This document shows, piece by piece, positions 34,283 to 38,561 of a stretch of 38,561 bases of DNA. The stretch is taken from positions 1-38,561 of IMG/VR virus record IMGVR_UViG_3300029821_000128, one strand, 5' to 3'. This DNA is from a virus. Taxonomy: Duplodnaviria > Caudoviricetes. The notes beneath the pieces were generated by a model. It was not told where the DNA came from and ran no database searches. It saw only the letters and a program-made list of their open reading frames with translations. A program made the position numbers and the translations under genes. Each line of letters opens with the position of its first letter. Positions within the stretch are counted from its first letter, which is position 1.

Positions 34283-34408
34283 AAAAAATTTGGTTGTATG
34301 TTTAGGCTCTAGCAAAATTCGCTCTGGTAGCCAAAACAAGTCGAAAGAGACAAACATACAACTGTTGGAAGTTCACTTAGGGTTTTTACGGGGGTAATTG
34401 AAGAGGAA

Positions 34409-35209
34409 ATGGGCCAAAACAAGGACAAAAACAGAGCTTCAGGCAACATACAACTTCATGAAGGCGGCATCAAAAAAGTTGGATGTTTGGAAAACGAACA
34501 TACAACTTTTTCGACAAGGCTTCAGTTTGTGTTGGGCGAAGAATCGGCAAGGGCTTTTGCCAAGAGGGCTGACATCTTACCAGCCACATTCCACAACTAC
34601 ATAAAAGGCACTAGTGAGCCTACTAGGCCTGTTATTGTCGCCATTGCCAAAACAGCCGACGTTAACATCGAGTGGCTTGCAACCGGCACCGGCCCGATGC
34701 GCAAGGGTGAAACCTTACTCGCGACGATCGAACCGGCAGCATTCACAATAACCAACCTAGAAGGTCGCCAGGTGGAGTTTAAACCCTCACCAAACTTGTG
34801 CCACCTTCCGATCCTCGACTTGCGCGTCTCATGTGGATCGGGTTCGTTTATTGACAGCGAGGCTGTTCAGGCTGTTTTTTCGGCAACTGCCAGCTGGATC
34901 AGGCGAGAGTTGGGTGCAAATCCAGAAGATCTTACCCTGGTGTTTGCCGATGGCGATTCGATGACCGACACAATCAAACCGGAGGAAATCGTTATCGTTG
35001 ATCGCTCCAAAGCCAAGCGCCCCGGAGACGGTATATGGGTCTTTCTATACGACGATGGCCTTTTCATCAAACGTCTGCAGTTTATGCCAGGGAAACAGGT
35101 CGAAGTGACAAGCGACAATCCTCGCTACAAAACATATTCCCTGACCCCCGACGATTCCTTCCGCCTCCTGGGCCGAGTCATCGCCGCCCTACCGCTGAGA
35201 AGGCTATAG
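34409..35209 (+). CDS. CI/LexA-type repressor (XRE HTH + S24 peptidase), up to 266 aa
   Basis: HTH ...VNIEWLATGTGPM; VSCGSG cleavage loop, GDSM (Ser), FIKRL (Lys); divergent from early operon. Confidence 0.92.
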   Translation: MGQNKDKNRASGNIQLHEGGIKKVGCLENEHTTFSTRLQFVLGEESARAFAKRADILPATFHNYIKGTSEPTRPVIVAIAKTADVNIEWLATGTGPMRKGETLLATIEPAAFTITNLEGRQVEFKPSPNLCHLPILDLRVSCGSGSFIDSEAVQAVFSATASWIRRELGANPEDLTLVFADGDSMTDTIKPEEIVIVDRSKAKRPGDGIWVFLYDDGLFIKRLQFMPGKQVEVTSDNPRYKTYSLTPDDSFRLLGRVIAALPLRRL

Positions 35210-35246
35210 AATAATGATTTTTAATTATAAAACGAGGAAAATTGAT

Positions 35247-36050
35247 ATGAAAAAAACGATGCTATTAGTGACTCTTGCCTTACTTCTTGCCTCATCGTCT
35301 TTTGCTGCTTTCTGCTCTAAATGCGGCTACAAGGCCGGCGATGAAAGTGTTTTTTGTTCTAAATGCGGCACCAAATTAGATGGCTCAGCGGCAAACGACT
35401 CGAAACATTCTGAAACAGATACGTTGGCGTTAATTGATGATAAATTTTCGCCAGTAAATGATTTTGAAATCTTTGTTTATAGCTCTAACTACCTGACTTG
35501 CGTTGCAAAATTTCCAGAATTTCAAATTCTATTCAATAAAAATATCAAAGATATCGAGGAGATTGAAAAAACTGCGGGAAAACGCGACAAACAGATTATT
35601 GCATATTATTACAGGAAGTGGGAGATTCTTAAAACTCTTCAAGATGTGTGGAGTTCAAACATTGGCACTAATATTCGCAAACAAGCATATATGGTTAAGT
35701 TTGCAGGGGTTTTGAAATATATCAACGAGATAATTGCAAAATTAAAAGTCGGAATATCTGACCCCGATTTGAAAGCTTTAGAAACAAAACTGAATGTGCT
35801 TTTGAAAGTCTACAAAGTTACTTCTCGATACATACTTGTCAATGACTTTCGCCTTCCCAAGCAGCAAGAAATAGGTATAGAAGAAATTCAGGAAGATAAA
35901 GTAAAGGTTATACATCTTGGGGATTGGTTTGAAAGCGTTGTGCTAACAGGCTCCGTGGAAACTTCTGTAGAAAACTTAACGAGTCCTATATCTGGCTGGG
36001 TTTCAAAAGAAGAGTTCAAGAAGCGAACAGACGGTGCAGAACTAGATTGA
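35247..36050 (+). CDS. Exported zinc-ribbon protein, 267 aa
   Basis: GAGGA RBS; signal peptide MKKTMLLVTLALLLASSSFA; FCSKCG...FCSKCG. Confidence 0.75.
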   Translation: MKKTMLLVTLALLLASSSFAAFCSKCGYKAGDESVFCSKCGTKLDGSAANDSKHSETDTLALIDDKFSPVNDFEIFVYSSNYLTCVAKFPEFQILFNKNIKDIEEIEKTAGKRDKQIIAYYYRKWEILKTLQDVWSSNIGTNIRKQAYMVKFAGVLKYINEIIAKLKVGISDPDLKALETKLNVLLKVYKVTSRYILVNDFRLPKQQEIGIEEIQEDKVKVIHLGDWFESVVLTGSVETSVENLTSPISGWVSKEEFKKRTDGAELD

Positions 36051-36204
36051 TCTGAATTAACGGATCGTGCAAATTAGGTAATATAGTGAAATTAAAACCA
36101 GTTCCGGCTTCACCGGCTGGGTCAGTAGCTGGTTTGTAAAAGAGAATTAAAAAAGGACGAGTAATCGATAATCTCTCCTTGAATAAACTATAAGGCTTTG
36201 GCAA

Positions 36205-36855
36205 ATGACTTCGGACGAACTTGTATCGGCGATTGATCCATTCAGCAAATCATCGGAACACCTGCTTGTAGTAATTTTCACCAAAAGCAGCTCTATAAAT
36301 TTTCCGCTTGCTTTGAATATAGCTGAAGGTGCCAACAGGTTTGTAACTGCAGACATAAAAGGAAAGCCTACTTACTTTGTTCAATTTGCAAAAAGCAATG
36401 ATGATGCTGGTCGCGCAGTTGCGTTGCTTGATCTCGTTAAAGATTGGAAAGGTGTTCAGATTTTTTCAAGAGGTCGGCTGCTGGCAAGCGTTTTCACTGT
36501 GAATATGGTGCTAAACTGTTTTATAAATTCACTTTCTTGCCGCGATTATACTGCTCACTGCCACGAAATAATCGATGATCCATTTCGTGAAGATGTTAGA
36601 AGTTCTGGGTTATCTCTCTCTATAAATCTTGTTACCAAGCCCCCAATAAAGCAAAAAGTAGTAATAGATCGCTTTTCATTCCCTTGCAAACACCTTTATT
36701 TTCATTTCCGCTTTCAAAAGGATCATCCAGCATCATTGCCAGATCAAATACAGGCTGGCGCTGTAAATTATGGCTGTGATTGGTGTCCGAATTTTAGTCC
36801 TGATAATTGGAAAAAAGTTGGCGAAAAAGAGCTATTCAAAGACTTTTTTGAATAG
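36205..36855 (+). CDS. Hypothetical Cys/His-rich protein, 216 aa
   Basis: Long AT-rich ORF; C..SL.C.DYTAHC, FPC, GCDWCPNF. Confidence 0.75.
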   Translation: MTSDELVSAIDPFSKSSEHLLVVIFTKSSSINFPLALNIAEGANRFVTADIKGKPTYFVQFAKSNDDAGRAVALLDLVKDWKGVQIFSRGRLLASVFTVNMVLNCFINSLSCRDYTAHCHEIIDDPFREDVRSSGLSLSINLVTKPPIKQKVVIDRFSFPCKHLYFHFRFQKDHPASLPDQIQAGAVNYGCDWCPNFSPDNWKKVGEKELFKDFFE

Positions 36856-36876
36856 CACCAAACCAAGGAGAGAATT

Positions 36877-37662
36877 ATGTCAGATAATGAGAGTAAAAAC
36901 CCAATTACACAAGCTTTAGGCCCCGCTGCCTCAAATTTTGGCAAAGAGATTGCGCCACTGGGCACTGATGCAGGCAAATTAGTTTATGGTATTTATGAAA
37001 CAGTTTTGAAGAAACCATACGACTGTGTTATTGCGATAAAAAGCGAGGCTTGGAAGTATTTTAAATCAAAATTAGATGAAAGGTTGTCGAAAGAAACACC
37101 TGAAAATTTGATTCCACCCAAATTAGCAATAGCCGAGCCGATAATCGAACATGCTGTTCGACTGGAAAACGAGAAAGAGCTTCAAGACATGTTCGCAAAC
37201 CTGCTGAGCTCATCAATGATAAAGAATTCTTCGAATAAAGTGTTGCCTTCTTTTGTTGAAGCTTTGAAGCAGCTGAGCTCTGACGAAGCAAAAATAATCA
37301 AGAGTGTTTTCAATTCGTCATCGCGCTCGTTTGCATGCTTAACAATTAAAGCCTTTAACAAAGAGCGTTTTACTACCGTGCAGGAGTGTTTTTCGTTAAT
37401 CTGCGTGGAAGCAGGATGCGAAATTCCGAACAGAACACACATCTACGTGCAAAGCCTTGCACGGCTTGGCATTCTGCAGCAAATACAGAACACCATGTTT
37501 GCAGATATGAATAAATACAAAGAGCTTGAGCATGCCGTTGCATTGCTAGATCTTGTAAAAGATTACGAAATTCTTGCACCTGGGTGCAATATTGTTTTTG
37601 AAAAAAACCTTGTTCAGCTTACTGATTACGGGAAGCTTCTGTGTGAGGTTTGCGTGAAGTAA
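36877..37662 (+). CDS. DUF4393 / Abi-alpha-like protein, 261 aa
   Basis: PPKLAIAEPIIE, LQDMFANLL.SSM, PSFVE.LKQLS.DEAKI, L.RLGIL, LTDYG..LC..C. Confidence 0.8.
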   Translation: MSDNESKNPITQALGPAASNFGKEIAPLGTDAGKLVYGIYETVLKKPYDCVIAIKSEAWKYFKSKLDERLSKETPENLIPPKLAIAEPIIEHAVRLENEKELQDMFANLLSSSMIKNSSNKVLPSFVEALKQLSSDEAKIIKSVFNSSSRSFACLTIKAFNKERFTTVQECFSLICVEAGCEIPNRTHIYVQSLARLGILQQIQNTMFADMNKYKELEHAVALLDLVKDYEILAPGCNIVFEKNLVQLTDYGKLLCEVCVK

Positions 37663-37780
37663 TCTTCCCAAAGTCGGAGCTCACGATCCAGATCATCAAT
37701 GCGCCCACAGTAATCACCGCACCGGAGACAAAGCCAAGTGCATAAATAATGGACGCGGCCAACGCGCTTGAAATAGTCAT
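37619..37780 (-). CDS. Unannotated 53-aa membrane peptide
   Basis: AAGGAG RBS; MTISSALAASIIYALGFVSGAVITVGALMIWIVSSDFGKITSRKPHTEASRNQ. Confidence 0.55.
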   Translation of the reverse strand: MTISSALAASIIYALGFVSGAVITVGALMIWIVSSDFGKITSRKPHTEASRNQ

Positions 37781-37832
37781 ATAGAACTCCTTTTGTAGTT
37801 ATTCTGCAAAAGCAGGCGTATATTCCATAATT

Positions 37833-38561
37833 CTAAAAGCAGGTGTGGCTACTTTGGGCCCCGCCAGGATGTTTCCCAAGAACGAGATCAAGAATCCAGG
37901 CTAAGCACTCGAAGGTAATGATTAAGCCTTTTTTGACACCTAAACGAAGCACACCTTTTTCTCCGATAGCGACATTCATCGGGCCAAGTGGAGTATCTAA
38001 CAAGCCATAAATTGATTTAATGCCGTGGTTCCGAGAATCAATGACATTATAATCAGTATAGTTCTCGATACTCCCAGACAAGCGTGCCAACCGAACTTCT
38101 TTTTCTTTGGGATTTATCAAGACAATGGATTTCAGTCTCGTCATTCTATTGCCGGCCTGGAACATTTCGTTATGCTCAAACTTGTGCAAATCAAAATGTG
38201 TCCCGCTAAGCGCTGACATTGCCGAGAACAAAAGTCGCCTGGCGCCTTGATGCCCGAACGCAAACAGCCTGGTGCCATCGGTGATAAATTCACAGCTGCG
38301 AATTCGCTTGTGTAAATTCTTCGCCGTGGTGCCATCAACCAGTTCTTCAATTTCAAACGGTTCGACGAAGCTGTAAAAGCCACGCAGTAGACTGGATTCG
38401 CAATCTACATCATGAAAACCCGGAATTTCGGTTTCCAGGTTAAATTCATCGCCTTTATCTGCAATAAGCGCATGCAATTTGTTCGCTAAGAGCTCACTGC
38501 AATCCACAGCAACGGACACGGCCAGGCTCGCGCCAAGAATTTCTATTTCATTTATCAGCAT
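37833..38561 (-). CDS. Hypothetical protein, 242 aa
   Basis: Long ORF, ATG at window edge; no motif recognised. Confidence 0.65.
   Translation of the reverse strand: MLINEIEILGASLAVSVAVDCSELLANKLHALIADKGDEFNLETEIPGFHDVDCESSLLRGFYSFVEPFEIEELVDGTTAKNLHKRIRSCEFITDGTRLFAFGHQGARRLLFSAMSALSGTHFDLHKFEHNEMFQAGNRMTRLKSIVLINPKEKEVRLARLSGSIENYTDYNVIDSRNHGIKSIYGLLDTPLGPMNVAIGEKGVLRLGVKKGLIITFECLAWILDLVLGKHPGGAQSSHTCF

Larger units (their letters stand above)
1..38561 (-). mobile_element. Mu-like transposable prophage with siphovirus-type tail (termini not identified in window)
   Basis: MuA DDE transposase, MuB ATPase, Gam, GemA, Mor, gp26-gp37-like genes in Mu order; tail tube, chaperone and tape measure present but no sheath or baseplate wedge genes. 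Confidence 0.93.

Noticed and set aside
36095-36134. Imperfect inverted repeat between accessory genes as riboswitch/ncRNA
   Set aside because: Only a 7-8 bp closing stem and no recognisable family features
37660-38561. Mu-type terminus (TG...CA with repeated MuA sites) at either window edge
   Set aside because: No repeated end-binding sites recognised; window appears trimmed to gene boundaries
1-38561. CRISPR array, tRNA, rRNA, mom/methylase, tail sheath, host assignment
   Set aside because: No supporting sequence seen; host taxonomy cannot be established without searches

Overview
The window is a near-complete transposable (Mu-like) prophage with a non-contractile, siphovirus-type tail. 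Almost all phage genes are on the minus strand. From right to left: AT-rich accessory genes, an S24/LexA-type repressor (+), and a divergent early operon (a mini-MuA DNA-binding paralog, Ner/Cro-like HTH, MuA, MuB, Gam, GemA, Mor/C activator and small ORFs). Then come an inserted XRE + ImmA/IrrE cassette, lysis genes, terminase, a frameshifted portal, MuF fused to an ADP-ribosyltransferase, head genes, tail genes and a 1947-aa tail tip/fibre protein. The window starts on a stop codon and ends on a start codon, and I could not identify the phage termini. Three observations are the most notable, none of them in the ORF track. (1) Behind the XRE/ImmA pair is a 40-aa peptide gene whose Shine-Dalgarno is locked in a hairpin. 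An upstream anti-anti-SD element is exactly covered by a predicted ~67-nt antisense sRNA, suggesting a protease-triggered, antisense-gated peptide switch. (2) A textbook -1 frameshift signal in the holin-like gene appends a beta-strand tail ending in a BAM-like beta-signal, in a lysis cassette with no recognisable o-spanin. (3) Three late promoters share an activator box with identical 21-bp spacing. All family calls come from motif recognition by eye; no database searches were run.
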